This document shows, in pieces, positions 1-9,047 of a stretch of 64,000 nt of DNA. The stretch comes from a virus, in the IMG/VR virus record IMGVR_UViG_3300045391_002681, positions 1 to 64,000 of that record; one strand, given 5' to 3'. Positions within the stretch are counted from its first letter, which is position 1; every line of letters starts with the position of its first letter. The position numbers and the translations under genes are program-made. A model generated the notes under the pieces. It was not told the DNA's origin, ran no database searches, and saw only the letters and a list, made by a program, of their open reading frames with translations.

Positions 1-163
1 GCCTCATGCGTCCACTCGACAGCGGGCTACGAACACTGGTCGCCTGCCGACGATCCGGCCGAAATCGTGGTTGATCTCATCAACGATCTCACCGACACGC
101 GCGCCGCCCTCCAATCCGCCGAACAGCGCGCCGACAAGCTGGCGGAAGAGGTGGAGCGGCTGA
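1..163 (+). repeat. Direct repeat copy 1 (other copy at 63058-63220)
   Basis: 163 bp with 5 mismatches by manual comparison. Confidence 0.95.
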
Positions 164-288
164 CTGCTCAGCGCTCGATCTTGGCTATGGGCTCGGGCTC
201 GTACATCGCCGAGCTCGAGGCCAAGCTCGCCTCCCTGGAAGCTAAGCTAGCTGCTGTTAATATCGACACGACGGACGGTGTTCGATGA
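1..288 (+). CDS. Phage coiled-coil protein, 5'-truncated by window edge (homologue of 62800-63486 with a different C-terminus)
   Basis: DLINDLTDTRAALQSAEQRA-KLAEEVERL is shared with the 62800 ORF; stop overlaps the tnpB start (ATGA). Confidence 0.75.
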   Translation, partial: ASCVHSTAGYEHWSPADDPAEIVVDLINDLTDTRAALQSAEQRADKLAEEVERLTAQRSILAMGSGSYIAELEAKLASLEAKLAAVNIDTTDGVR

Positions 289-1367
289 GCGATGCCACTA
301 TTCACCGAGGCCGCGTGATACGGCTTTATCCCACCCCCGCCCAGGCCGAACGTCTGTCGAGTTGGGTCGGTGCGGTCAGGCTGGTCTACAATCTCGCCCT
401 AGAGCAGCGGCGAATGTTCTATCGCCCGGGGCGCCAGTTCAATTACGTCTCCCAGGGCCGTGAGTTGAGCGGCCTGCGCCAGGCTTTTGACTGGATTGCC
501 GATGTGCCGCGCGACAGCCTCGACCAAGCGCTCATCGATCTTGACCAGGCGCACCGGAACTGGTGGGCGGGTCGCGCCAAAAGCCCGGACTTCAGACGTC
601 TTGGCCAGAACGACAGCATTCGTTTTCCGAAACCGGAATCAGTCCGCCTGCGGCGCTGCGGCCGGAAATCGGTAAGGCTCCGGCTGCCGAAGATAGGCGA
701 GATCGCCGCTCGTTCCGACCAACTGCCAGACGGCGACATTCGCAGCGTCACCGTGCGGCGACAAGCCGACCAGTGGTTCGCATCGATCCAGTTTGAGCGC
801 GCGGCGGCGACCGCTCAACGCCTTCCTGGCGAGGTGGGGATCGACCGCGGCATAAGAGCGTTCGCAGCCCTCTCGAGCGGTGAACTGATCGTGGGGCCGA
901 ATGTCGGCCGTCGGGCCGCGAACGCCCTGGCCCGGGCGCAGAGAAAACTCGCCCGCAAAAAGCGGGGATCTATCAACCGCGCTAAGCAGCGACGCCGGGT
1001 CGCGAAGCTGACCCGCGCTCGGGCTGGCCAGGGCCGCGCGGCCAAGGCCGGGCTCAATCGATCGATACTCGATCAAGGCTGGAGCCTCTTTCATAGGTAC
1101 TTGGCCTATAAGCTAGCCGAACGCGGCGGCTTGCTCGTCATGGTTCCGGCGAACGACACCAGCCGCACCTGTGCCGAGTGCGGCGTAGTGGACAAGGAAA
1201 GCCGCAAGGCGGACCGCTTCACATGCACCTCGTGCGGCCATTCGGCTGACGCCGATGTCAATGCCGCGATCAACATTCTAAGCCGTGGGCGCGCCACGGC
1301 TCTGCCCGTGGAGGCTTCGGTATCTAGACCGGCCGATGAAGCGGGAACCAGCGGGAGGGCGGCGTAA
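285..1367 (+). CDS. tnpB: IS200/IS605-family TnpB with in-frame loss of the RuvC-II segment (probably nuclease-dead)
   Basis: RLYPTPAQ...VYNLAL N-terminus, GIDRG (RuvC-I), TSRTCAECG/FTCTSCG Zn ribbon, ADVNAAIN (RuvC-III); the usual ~35-40 aa 'DFLHK...IEDL' block is absent. Confidence 0.88.
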   Translation: MSDATIHRGRVIRLYPTPAQAERLSSWVGAVRLVYNLALEQRRMFYRPGRQFNYVSQGRELSGLRQAFDWIADVPRDSLDQALIDLDQAHRNWWAGRAKSPDFRRLGQNDSIRFPKPESVRLRRCGRKSVRLRLPKIGEIAARSDQLPDGDIRSVTVRRQADQWFASIQFERAAATAQRLPGEVGIDRGIRAFAALSSGELIVGPNVGRRAANALARAQRKLARKKRGSINRAKQRRRVAKLTRARAGQGRAAKAGLNRSILDQGWSLFHRYLAYKLAERGGLLVMVPANDTSRTCAECGVVDKESRKADRFTCTSCGHSADADVNAAINILSRGRATALPVEASVSRPADEAGTSGRAA

Positions 1368-2089
1368 TGTCGAACTCCAGCGTACCCAGCAATGGGCGGA
1401 CGCGAGTGGAACGCCGCTCCGGTGATGTGGTGGGGCTGGAGCCCGGCGATGTGGATTGGCTTCGCCGTCTGAAGCTGCCGGATCGCTTGGCGGGGCGCCT
1501 CAATAATACGGATAACGTCATCATCGACCGACTGCTGGCCGCCCTAGCCCCACTCCAGGGGGAAGAGACGGCCCCAACCCTCGATACCGCCGGCTGGAAC
1601 GAAGTTGCCCGCGCCCATTCCGCTTCCGACGCGGCCCGGCTGCTCGACAAGATCGGCGAGCGCATTGCCGATGAGGTCGAGAGGGTCGCCGCCCACCGCC
1701 AGTCGAACTGCGAACAAGCGGCGCGCGACATCTTGACCTTGGTCGCCAAACCCCACCCCGACGTGGCCCGGCTGGTGGAGGCGTGCAAGCCGTTCGCCGA
1801 AGCCGCCAAGCAGTTCCGCCCGGACGATGCCGACACGATGCGCCCGGCCGTTGTGCAGGCCGTGCATTTCCGGCGTCTTGCCGAACGGCTCGCCCCCTTC
1901 AGCTCCACAGAGGGACCGAGCGAAACCATCCAGATCGGCAATCGCACCTATCGGAAGTTCATACCGTTTCCGGGCCCCGTGAACGACGGAACGGCGCGGT
2001 GCTTTTCGTGCGGGCAGATCGATGAGCCGGACTGGCACGACGATGCCCTGTGCCCGGCTTGCCGCCCCGCCCCCACAGAGGAGCCTTAA
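1367..2089 (+). CDS. Mosaic phage hypothetical protein
   Basis: TAATG coupling to tnpB; contains several islands shared with 63311-63913. Confidence 0.6.
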   Translation: MSNSSVPSNGRTRVERRSGDVVGLEPGDVDWLRRLKLPDRLAGRLNNTDNVIIDRLLAALAPLQGEETAPTLDTAGWNEVARAHSASDAARLLDKIGERIADEVERVAAHRQSNCEQAARDILTLVAKPHPDVARLVEACKPFAEAAKQFRPDDADTMRPAVVQAVHFRRLAERLAPFSSTEGPSETIQIGNRTYRKFIPFPGPVNDGTARCFSCGQIDEPDWHDDALCPACRPAPTEEP

Positions 2090-2092
2090 GCC

Positions 2093-2461
2093 ATGGCCGA
2101 GCAAGACCTACGGGAAGAGGATTTGAGTTCGGTCGCTGGGTCGCTGCGCGACTCCGCGCTTCCCCGTCAGACTGATAACGGGTCTGCGACGCCTTCGGCG
2201 GTACTCGCGCCATGCATTGTCGCGTTCCAGCTCGGGGCCATCCTCGAACAACTACGCCAGAATTACAGCGACCAACCCGAGTGGACCGCCTGGGTCACGG
2301 CCACAATGACCAGCGCGAGCCATTGGATTTCGCGCGCTCATCTGGCTCATGAAGGCGTCGCTATCAAGCCAGACGACACACGGGAAGCCAGCAAGCGCGT
2401 AAGCGCGCGGGCGACCGAACCCAATCCTTCTTCCAACACGCCTTCGGAGGGGGAACGTTGA
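2093..2461 (+). CDS. Phage hypothetical protein
   Basis: GAGGAG RBS; MAEQDLRE start is shared with the ORF starting at 63917. Confidence 0.55.
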   Translation: MAEQDLREEDLSSVAGSLRDSALPRQTDNGSATPSAVLAPCIVAFQLGAILEQLRQNYSDQPEWTAWVTATMTSASHWISRAHLAHEGVAIKPDDTREASKRVSARATEPNPSSNTPSEGER

Positions 2462-2681
2462 GCGGGACCGTCAGCACTCCCGCCGACAATTGGGGACTTC
2501 GCCTGCTGCGATCGGTCGTGGACGCCATCGATTGGGTTGATCGCCTGTCCGAAGACGTGACGCTACTGTCTGCGCATTGGCGTCTTCTGCGCCGAGTCCG
2601 CAGCGATAGCCCGATTGATCGCGCCCTGATTGCTTGCGGTTACGAGATCGTCGCCGCCAGTAGAGCTCGCGCCCCCTCCCC

Positions 2682-3152
2682 ATGAGCGCGGCCCGTTCCC
2701 TGCGGCGTGTCGAGTTGCGCCCTTCGCCGGGAGAGTGGGGACCGGACGAGCCCATGACCCTGGCCGAGTACGTGGAGGTGTTCTATCCGCACGGTCCACT
2801 GACGGTCACCTCTTTGCGCACAGAAATCCACAAGGGCCGGTTGCCGTTCGCCACGGTGGCGGGCAAGCATTTCGTAACCCCGGCCGCCGTCGCCGAACTG
2901 TTCAGGCCCAGCACATGCCAAGACCCAAGATCGGGCCGCGCCTCTATCTCCGAAAGGGCCGGATCGACTCCCGTTCCGGCAAACGGCTCCCCGATGTCTA
3001 CTTCATCCGAGACGGACAGGATCAGGTCAGCACAGGCTGCGGCCCGGACCGCTTTCCAGAGGCCGAGGTGCGCCTCGCCGCCTACATCGCCGAGAAGTGG
3101 ACCCCGGAAAGCGCCCGGCCAGAAAGCCGAAGTGATCCCGCTCAGGTCCTGA
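2682..3152 (+). CDS. Excisionase-like winged-helix protein overlapping int
   Basis: TLAE...LTVTSLRTEIHKGRL...VAGKHFVT motif; position directly upstream of and overlapping the integrase. Confidence 0.65.
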   Translation: MSAARSLRRVELRPSPGEWGPDEPMTLAEYVEVFYPHGPLTVTSLRTEIHKGRLPFATVAGKHFVTPAAVAELFRPSTCQDPRSGRASISERAGSTPVPANGSPMSTSSETDRIRSAQAAARTAFQRPRCASPPTSPRSGPRKAPGQKAEVIPLRS

Positions 3153-4114
3153 TCGCCGACGTGCTGGCCTACTACGGCCGGCGCAAGGACGGGAAGATCC
3201 AGCGCGATCACGCCACTATGCAGGGCTTCGTCAACAGCCTGCTCGATTGGTGGGACGAATCGGCCCTGTCCGACGTAACCTCAGAGAACTGCGAAGCCTA
3301 CGTGGCGCACCGGATCACGATGCCGGACAAGCGCTATACCCGCGATCCGGCCAACGCGCCGCGGGTGAAGACCGAGACGGCGCGGTGCGAGCTCGAGACG
3401 CTTTCGGCGGCCATCGGGGTCTGGGACGACCAATACCACCTGACCCGCCGGCCCAAGGTTTCCCTGCCCGTGAAGGGCGACACGCACCGTGAGGCCCTGA
3501 CGCGCTCACAGGCCGCTGCTCTGCTCAAGGCGGCCATGGGCTACCGAAGACGCGGGAACGGCTCCTGGGAGCGCCTGGGAGCCTCTGCGCGGGCCAACCG
3601 CGCCCACCTACGCCGGTTCCTGCTGCTCGGCCTCTACACCGGCTCCAGGCACGGCGTGATGACCTCCCTGATGTGGATCGAGAGCCCCAAGGACGCGTGG
3701 GCCGATCTGGACAAGGGCATGGTCTACCGACGGGGCAAGACCGAAGCTGATCGTCCGACCAAACGGCGCCCCGTTGTGAAAATGCCTCGGCGGCTGGTGG
3801 CGCATATGCGGCGGTGGATGGCGGCCGACGAGAAGGCGAAGGTCGAGGTCAACGCCGTCCTACACCACGGCGGCCGCAAGCTGACCAAGATCAGGACCGG
3901 GTTCGAGGGAATCGTCAGGGACGCGGGCCTGGCGGGCGAGATCACGCCCCACTGGATGCGCCACACCTGCGCGACCTGGCTGATGGAGGCCGGCGTCGAT
4001 ATGTGGGAGGCCGCCGCCTACACCGGCATGACCGTGGCCGTGCTGGAGAAGCACTATGCCCACCATCGGCCGGACTACCAGAGCGCCGCCCACCAGGCGT
4101 TTAGCCGTCGATAG
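2915..4114 (+). CDS. int: Tyrosine integrase
   Basis: LYTGSRHG (R), HWMRHT (HxxR), HYAH (Y); adjacent att core; start chosen at MPRPKIGPRL. Confidence 0.93.
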   Translation: MPRPKIGPRLYLRKGRIDSRSGKRLPDVYFIRDGQDQVSTGCGPDRFPEAEVRLAAYIAEKWTPESARPESRSDPAQVLIADVLAYYGRRKDGKIQRDHATMQGFVNSLLDWWDESALSDVTSENCEAYVAHRITMPDKRYTRDPANAPRVKTETARCELETLSAAIGVWDDQYHLTRRPKVSLPVKGDTHREALTRSQAAALLKAAMGYRRRGNGSWERLGASARANRAHLRRFLLLGLYTGSRHGVMTSLMWIESPKDAWADLDKGMVYRRGKTEADRPTKRRPVVKMPRRLVAHMRRWMAADEKAKVEVNAVLHHGGRKLTKIRTGFEGIVRDAGLAGEITPHWMRHTCATWLMEAGVDMWEAAAYTGMTVAVLEKHYAHHRPDYQSAAHQAFSRR

Positions 4115-4345
4115 TGGCAAGCAATCTGGCAAGCACGGACGGAGCCGCTTTCGCCAGCAACGCCACAAGGCCTTACAGAATAAGGGAAAGAAGGTGGTGG
4201 ATGCGACAGGGATTGAACCTGTGACCCCCTCGGTGTGAACGAGGTGCTTACTGCCGTCTCCCGAGGGAAACCGTCGAGTTGCTTGCCAGTTTGGACCGTT
4301 TTCGTTCACGCTGAATCGGACGTTTCTGGCAAGTATCTGGCAAGC
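4115..4345. repeat. Integrase arm-type sites TGGCAAG(C) x5
   Basis: Direct copies at 4115, 4127, 4327 and 4338; inverted copy at 4281; they flank the core on both sides. Confidence 0.8.
4195..4248 (-). other. att core = 3' part of tRNA-Val(CAC)
   Basis: Minus strand AGCA-CCTCG-TTCACAC-CGAGG-GGGTC-ACAGG-TTCAATC-CCTGT-CGCATCCACCA has anticodon arm, T arm and CCA; D arm and 5' acceptor strand are missing. Confidence 0.9.
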
Positions 4346-4374
4346 AGGCCGATCCGCTTGACTCCCCGCCGCCA

Positions 4375-4389
4375 GTTGCCGTTTCGTTC
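4375..4389 (+). promoter_or_regulatory. Possible alphaproteobacterial LexA box
   Basis: GTTG-N7-GTTC (consensus GTTC-N7-GTTC) between a TTGACT -35 and the ATG at 4394. Confidence 0.35.
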
Positions 4390-4393
4390 CGGC

Positions 4394-4627
4394 ATGGCCC
4401 AACTGACCCTCGGCTACCTCCTCTCCGAAGACCCCAACCGCTCCCTCCGGTTCGTCTGCGATTCCTGCCCCCATTGGACGGACAAGCCTCTACCAGCCCT
4501 GTGCGTAGCCCTTGGAGAGAACAAGCTGCTGAAGGATGTGAAGCCCAAGTGCTCCCGGTGTGGGGCTAAGGGATCGAAGGTCAGGGTTGAGGTGTGGAAG
4601 GATACGTGGAGCGGGCCGAGGGGGTAG
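4394..4627 (+). CDS. Small Zn-ribbon protein
   Basis: CDSC...CSRCG cysteine pairs, 77 aa. Confidence 0.65.
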   Translation: MAQLTLGYLLSEDPNRSLRFVCDSCPHWTDKPLPALCVALGENKLLKDVKPKCSRCGAKGSKVRVEVWKDTWSGPRG

Positions 4628-4970
4628 GTCGGGGGTTTTGTCCGCGACAAGGTCCGTGTGGCACCCGGCCGGTCGTTGTCCCTACCGTGCCGACAATCCG
4701 GAAAGGTCCGGATGCACCGACGTTCGCAGCCTCGTCACCCAAATATACTAGCGGATTCCGCCCTCGAATGCCATACTCAAGCTGCCCGAAAGGGCTATCA
4801 GCATCCTCCAAGGATTTGATCTGATGGCGACCCAAGGCTTGATTGTCGGTCAATACCGCATGGGCTCCACAAAGCGAGCGGCGCGCAAATACGGATCGCC
4901 CTATGGCGGCGCTTTTCGCCCAGCCAAAAAGGCCGTCCCGCCGCTCCCCTCTTCCTGATGGAGATCGCGT

Positions 4971-5189
4971 ATGGACGATGGTCGCGCGCAACGCATAGCC
5001 AGGGCCATCGTGGATGCTCAGCAGGCGCTCGACAGGTGCATAGATGGGCTCATGAACGCGCGAGCCACGCCTGACGGCGCCGCTTGGCGCCAAACCTTGG
5101 AATGGGCCCTGACCGAACTCGGCGACGCCCGCCGCAAAGTGACCCGCATCGGCACGGCGGTATTTAAGCCAGACGAACCGTCGGAGTGA
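4971..5189 (+). CDS. Hypothetical protein
   Basis: GGAG RBS, helical composition. Confidence 0.5.
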   Translation: MDDGRAQRIARAIVDAQQALDRCIDGLMNARATPDGAAWRQTLEWALTELGDARRKVTRIGTAVFKPDEPSE

Positions 5190-5207
5190 GCTGAAGCGGC
5201 TTGGCGG

Positions 5208-5462
5208 TCAGCCCCGCCGCTCGGCCATGACCGCCCTCAGCGCCTCCTTGCACCCCTTGACCGGCCGCCAGCGGGCGTAGGCGCCCTTGTCCGGCAGCTC
5301 CTCCAGGTAGCCGCCCGATTGGAGCACGGTCGCGCTCTTGAGGCGCTCGAACTCGCGTTCCCGGTCGGCCGCGCTGATCTTGCCCGCGATCTTCACCTTG
5401 AGCACGCCATCGCGGCAGGCTTCCTGTAGCACCCGCACATCGAAGTCTGAGAGGCGCAGCAT
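5208..5462 (-). CDS. Hypothetical protein (winged-helix-like)
   Basis: Plausible ORF starting from an AT-rich divergent spacer. Confidence 0.5.
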   Translation of the reverse strand: MLRLSDFDVRVLQEACRDGVLKVKIAGKISAADREREFERLKSATVLQSGGYLEELPDKGAYARWRPVKGCKEALRAVMAERRG

Positions 5463-6519
5463 GGGTGGTATATAGGGGCATGACAGACGCCGAACTCCTC
5501 GACGCGATCTACTGGAAGGTGATGGCGTGGCTGAAACCGGTTCCAGGGGCTCCAGCAGACGAGACGCTGTTGCAGATCATCGAGCTATTCGAGGCCAACG
5601 GGCGGGAGTTCGTGAAGGTGGACTACCCGGCGAACGACTAGAACGCAGCCGCCTTGCATGCGGCCAGCTAAGCGCCGGTCTCCGCCTCCAGGTCCCCGCC
5701 CTCCTCCATGTCGGGCTCTTCCTCGAGGTCGGGGTCGCCGAGCACTACGTCGACCTTGTCGATGCCGCGTTGGATGGCGTTCTGGAGGTCGCGGAGTTCC
5801 TGGGCCAGATCCAATGGCTCTCCGAGTTGTTGCCTAACCTTCAGCCGCGGCGGCGGTTCGGCGTCAAGGAATCCCAGGGCCTGGGCCAGTGACGCCTGCA
5901 ACGGTCCCTCCGGCCGCCAGACCTCTTTCAAGTGCCGGATATGCAAGTCTTCTGTCATGTCAACGCCCCCACAGCGCAGCCATATGGCTACACGCTACAG
6001 GCGAGCGGTCAACAACCTTTGTTATTTCGGCAGGCGCTCTGCGACCACCTCCAACTGAACGGCGAGACGCCCGACCCACGCGGCCGAAACCCGGTTCGCC
6101 TCAATGGCAGCGAGCGCCTGGTGCAGTGGCCAGCCGAAGTCAAACGGCCAGTTCTCGATCGGTCCGGCCCCGACTTCCTTCACCCAGTGCATGGCCTTCA
6201 GCACCTTCTCGCGCTGGGGCGGCGGGAGGGAGACGAACCACACCAGCACCATCCACTCTAGAGCAGCCAGTTCTGGACTAGGGGGCGGCAACGCGGACTC
6301 GGACAAACGCTCACTCCATGACGCAAACCCACGTCCGCGGGCCTCAGCCGTAGATGAACGGGACCCACATCCCCGGTTCATTCACAGCCAAGGTCGATGA
6401 ACGCGACCTGACAAAAGGCGGTGAACTTGGCTTAACCCACTGTTTAATTTCAAGGTAGCTTGTAAACTGTCACAGCCGTCGTAGACGGGAGGCTCGGCCG
6501 TGCGCTACCGCTTCCGCTC

Positions 6520-6768
6520 ATGGATCGCTCACCGTGGCAGCGTCGCTTGCGGGAGGTTGGCTTGAGCCAGCGCCGGCTCGCTCGGCTGCTGGGCGTCAGC
6601 GACAACGCCGTGTCGGAAGGCCTGCGGGGCAAGTACGGCGAGCCGCCGGAATACATGACCACGCTGATCATGGCCTTGGAGATCATGAGCCAGGAGCAGT
6701 GCGACGAGCTCGAGGCCAAGGTGCTTGCGGCGCGCAAGGCCCGCGGCGGATCCAAGGGCAAGCCCTGA
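6520..6768 (+). CDS. XRE-family HTH regulator
   Basis: LREVGLSQRRLARLLGVSDNAVS helix-turn-helix. Confidence 0.8.
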   Translation: MDRSPWQRRLREVGLSQRRLARLLGVSDNAVSEGLRGKYGEPPEYMTTLIMALEIMSQEQCDELEAKVLAARKARGGSKGKP

Positions 6769-6887
6769 AACGAAAAAGACCCTCCCCCGCCGAAGCGAGA
6801 GAGGGCCAGGAAGCGGCGCCAGAGGGGGAAGCGCCGATGGGTATGCCGGGAGCGGGAGGGCTCAACCGGCTCGGAAAGCAGTTCGCG

Positions 6888-7196
6888 TCAACTCTGAACG
6901 GCCGCTTTGATCGCGTGGATGAACACGCCCGCCTCGTTGTAGAGCGCGACCAGGGCGTTCACGAACGTGGCGATCGCCGCCATCAGCAGATGCATGGGCG
7001 CCGACAGCGTCGGGATCACGCTGTTGACGAACACCTCTGAGGCATTCAGCACGGCCGTGAGCTTGTCCGGTCCCGACAGGGCCTTGTTCTCCACCGCGAC
7101 GACGGTCGAGGAGATGAACGACAGGATCGCGGGAACGTCCTTGTCGGCTTCCGCGAGGACGGCGCTGATGGTCGCGACAGCGGTGGCGATGTTCAT
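6888..7196 (-). CDS. Hydrophobic protein, possible holin
   Basis: End of lysis cassette, amphipathic helices. Confidence 0.45.
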   Translation of the reverse strand: MNIATAVATISAVLAEADKDVPAILSFISSTVVAVENKALSGPDKLTAVLNASEVFVNSVIPTLSAPMHLLMAAIATFVNALVALYNEAGVFIHAIKAAVQS

Positions 7197-7517
7197 GGGA
7201 AATCCTTGTCGGCCTCGGGGGACGGCCGCCGGCGAGAGGCCGGACGCGGGCGGCTATGCGTTAAGGAAGGGCGCGATTTCGAACACGTCGGCGGGACGTG
7301 TTAGGTCGGCGCGACTATTGAGCGAGCAGGCAGAAGGCGACCGCGAGCGCGATCAGGACCACCAGCGCGAGGTCATCGTGGGTGAGCGGCGCCTGCGCGG
7401 GCTGACGCCAGCGGCCGATGCGGCGCTTGAAGGGGCCGTCACCGATCAGCAAGCCGCCGAACAGCAGGATAAGGGCGGTGACGAGGACCGCGGCGAGCGT
7501 GGTCGGGTCGTCAGCCA

Positions 7518-7835
7518 TCAGCGGGCGGTCGAGCAGTAGTCCTTGCCCTCGCCTGCCCTGGCCCATCCATGGCGGGCGTAGACGGCGAAGGCGTGCAGCC
7601 AAGTCCCGTACAGAGCCACGGCGGCGGATTCGGCTTCGGTCATGGGGGCCGGGAAGCCCGCGCCGGGCGGCAACTGCGGCTCGGGTTCAAGGTCGGCCAG
7701 CAGGTTCCCCGGACATACGGGCTTGACTGGGGCCGCAGCGGGCGCAGGCGCGGCGCTGGCGGGCAGGTGGAGCTTGGGCAGGCTCACACAGCCGCAGAGC
7801 AGGACGGCCGCCAGCGGCCACGCTAGCGGCTTCAT
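7518..7835 (-). CDS. o-spanin-like lipoprotein (Rz1-like)
   Basis: Lipobox LLCGC, Pro-rich, downstream of the endolysin. Confidence 0.7.
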   Translation of the reverse strand: MKPLAWPLAAVLLCGCVSLPKLHLPASAAPAPAAAPVKPVCPGNLLADLEPEPQLPPGAGFPAPMTEAESAAVALYGTWLHAFAVYARHGWARAGEGKDYCSTAR

Positions 7836-7977
7836 TCGTTGCCCCATTGGAAAGCGCGGATGACGCCTGAGCCGTCGCCGGCCAGGATCGCCTGATGGTT
7901 CGGCCCGAACTGCTCGGTCAGCGCACGGTCGATCGCATCGAGGAACAGGTCAAACTCGTCGTCGGTCTCTTCGGCGC

Positions 7978-8319
7978 TCATTGCACGGGCACTCCGGTAA
8001 TGGCGCTGAGGTCGGCGGCCGTCACCATCTTGCGGGGCTCGCCTGCGGGAACCGGCTGAGGCTGCGCAGCCTTCGCAATAGCCGCGCCGGCCGCCATGCT
8101 CGCCTTGATTTCGTCGGTGCAGCTCCGTTGAGAGCGGTTGGCCGAGACGGCGTCGGACGCCAGAGCGCCAGCCTGAGCGCGTGCGGTGACGATGGCCTGT
8201 TGCCCGGCCTCAATGCCGCGCCACATCGTGGGAATCGCATAGACCGCCACAGCCCAGCAGCCAGCGCTGATCACGCCGACCCAGATGATCGAAATCAGGA
8301 GGTGCTCGAGGAACTTCAC
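7978..8319 (-). CDS. i-spanin-like protein (Rz-like)
   Basis: N-terminal TM helix plus Ala-rich helical region; GTG start. Confidence 0.6.
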   Translation of the reverse strand: MKFLEHLLISIIWVGVISAGCWAVAVYAIPTMWRGIEAGQQAIVTARAQAGALASDAVSANRSQRSCTDEIKASMAAGAAIAKAAQPQPVPAGEPRKMVTAADLSAITGVPVQ

Positions 8320-8534
8320 GTCAGAGCCCCGCGCTCTTGGGCATCTCGACGCATTTGAAGCTTGCGCCGAGCACGCCATCGACCGTCAGGGCCTCGGCGA
8401 CCTTGGCTTCTCCGGAGGCCTTGCATTCCGCCATCGTCCAGCCGCCGTCGCGGCCGAACAGGAAGGCGTCGGGGGTGAGTTCTGCGCCTACATGCTGGAC
8501 ATAGAACACGGCCAAGATCAGCACGATCATGGGC

Positions 8535-9035
8535 TCAGCCCTCCAGGGCGGTTTGGGTGAGTTGGGCGCCGAAGTTGGCGGATCCATCGAGCGCGGCGAT
8601 GCGGTCGGACAGGCGTTGGGCGCGGCTCTTCACCTGTCCGGCCCACAGGCTGTCCATCAGCTCGCCGGCTGCGGCCTTGAACCGCGCGCCCTGCATGTCC
8701 ACCAGGAAGCGGTGAAAACCCTTCAGGTGGGCGAGCCCCATGTTGAAGGTGAGTTCGGCCATGACCCGCTGTCCGTCGAGCGGGAGCGAGCGCCACCATG
8801 GCTCCTGCAGGTCGAGCCCGGCCATGGCGTTGCACAGGTCGTCCTGCAGCCACTCCTCGGCGTCCGCTTCTGTGCAGCCCATCCGCGGGCCGATGTCCGC
8901 TCCGGTGTGGCCGTAGCCGATCGTCCAGGGTGCTCCTCCGGTGAGTGGATCCGGATAGGAGCGCAGGCGCAGGCCCTCGCCGAGCTTGACGCTCGCGATC
9001 AGCGCCGGGTCATCCGGCGCGAGACGGTCGGTCAT
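8535..9035 (-). CDS. Endolysin, GH24 lysozyme
   Basis: EGLRLRSYPD...WTIGYGH (E-D-T triad), FNMG. Confidence 0.92.
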   Translation of the reverse strand: MTDRLAPDDPALIASVKLGEGLRLRSYPDPLTGGAPWTIGYGHTGADIGPRMGCTEADAEEWLQDDLCNAMAGLDLQEPWWRSLPLDGQRVMAELTFNMGLAHLKGFHRFLVDMQGARFKAAAGELMDSLWAGQVKSRAQRLSDRIAALDGSANFGAQLTQTALEG

Positions 9036-9047
9036 GTCGGGATGTCC

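Larger units (their letters stand above)
1..4248 (+). mobile_element. Right end of an upstream related prophage (early operon tail, xis, int, att)
   Basis: Coupled + strand ORFs ending in xis/int next to a tRNA-derived att core; 1-2115 is collinear with, but mosaic relative to, 63058-63939. Confidence 0.75.

Noticed and set aside
285-1400. Active IS605/IS1341 insertion sequence
   Set aside because: No tnpA, no recognisable end hairpins, no room for ends because the ORFs overlap, and the catalytic segment is missing
4195-4270. Functional tRNA-Val gene
   Set aside because: Similarity ends after the anticodon arm; no D arm or 5' acceptor strand
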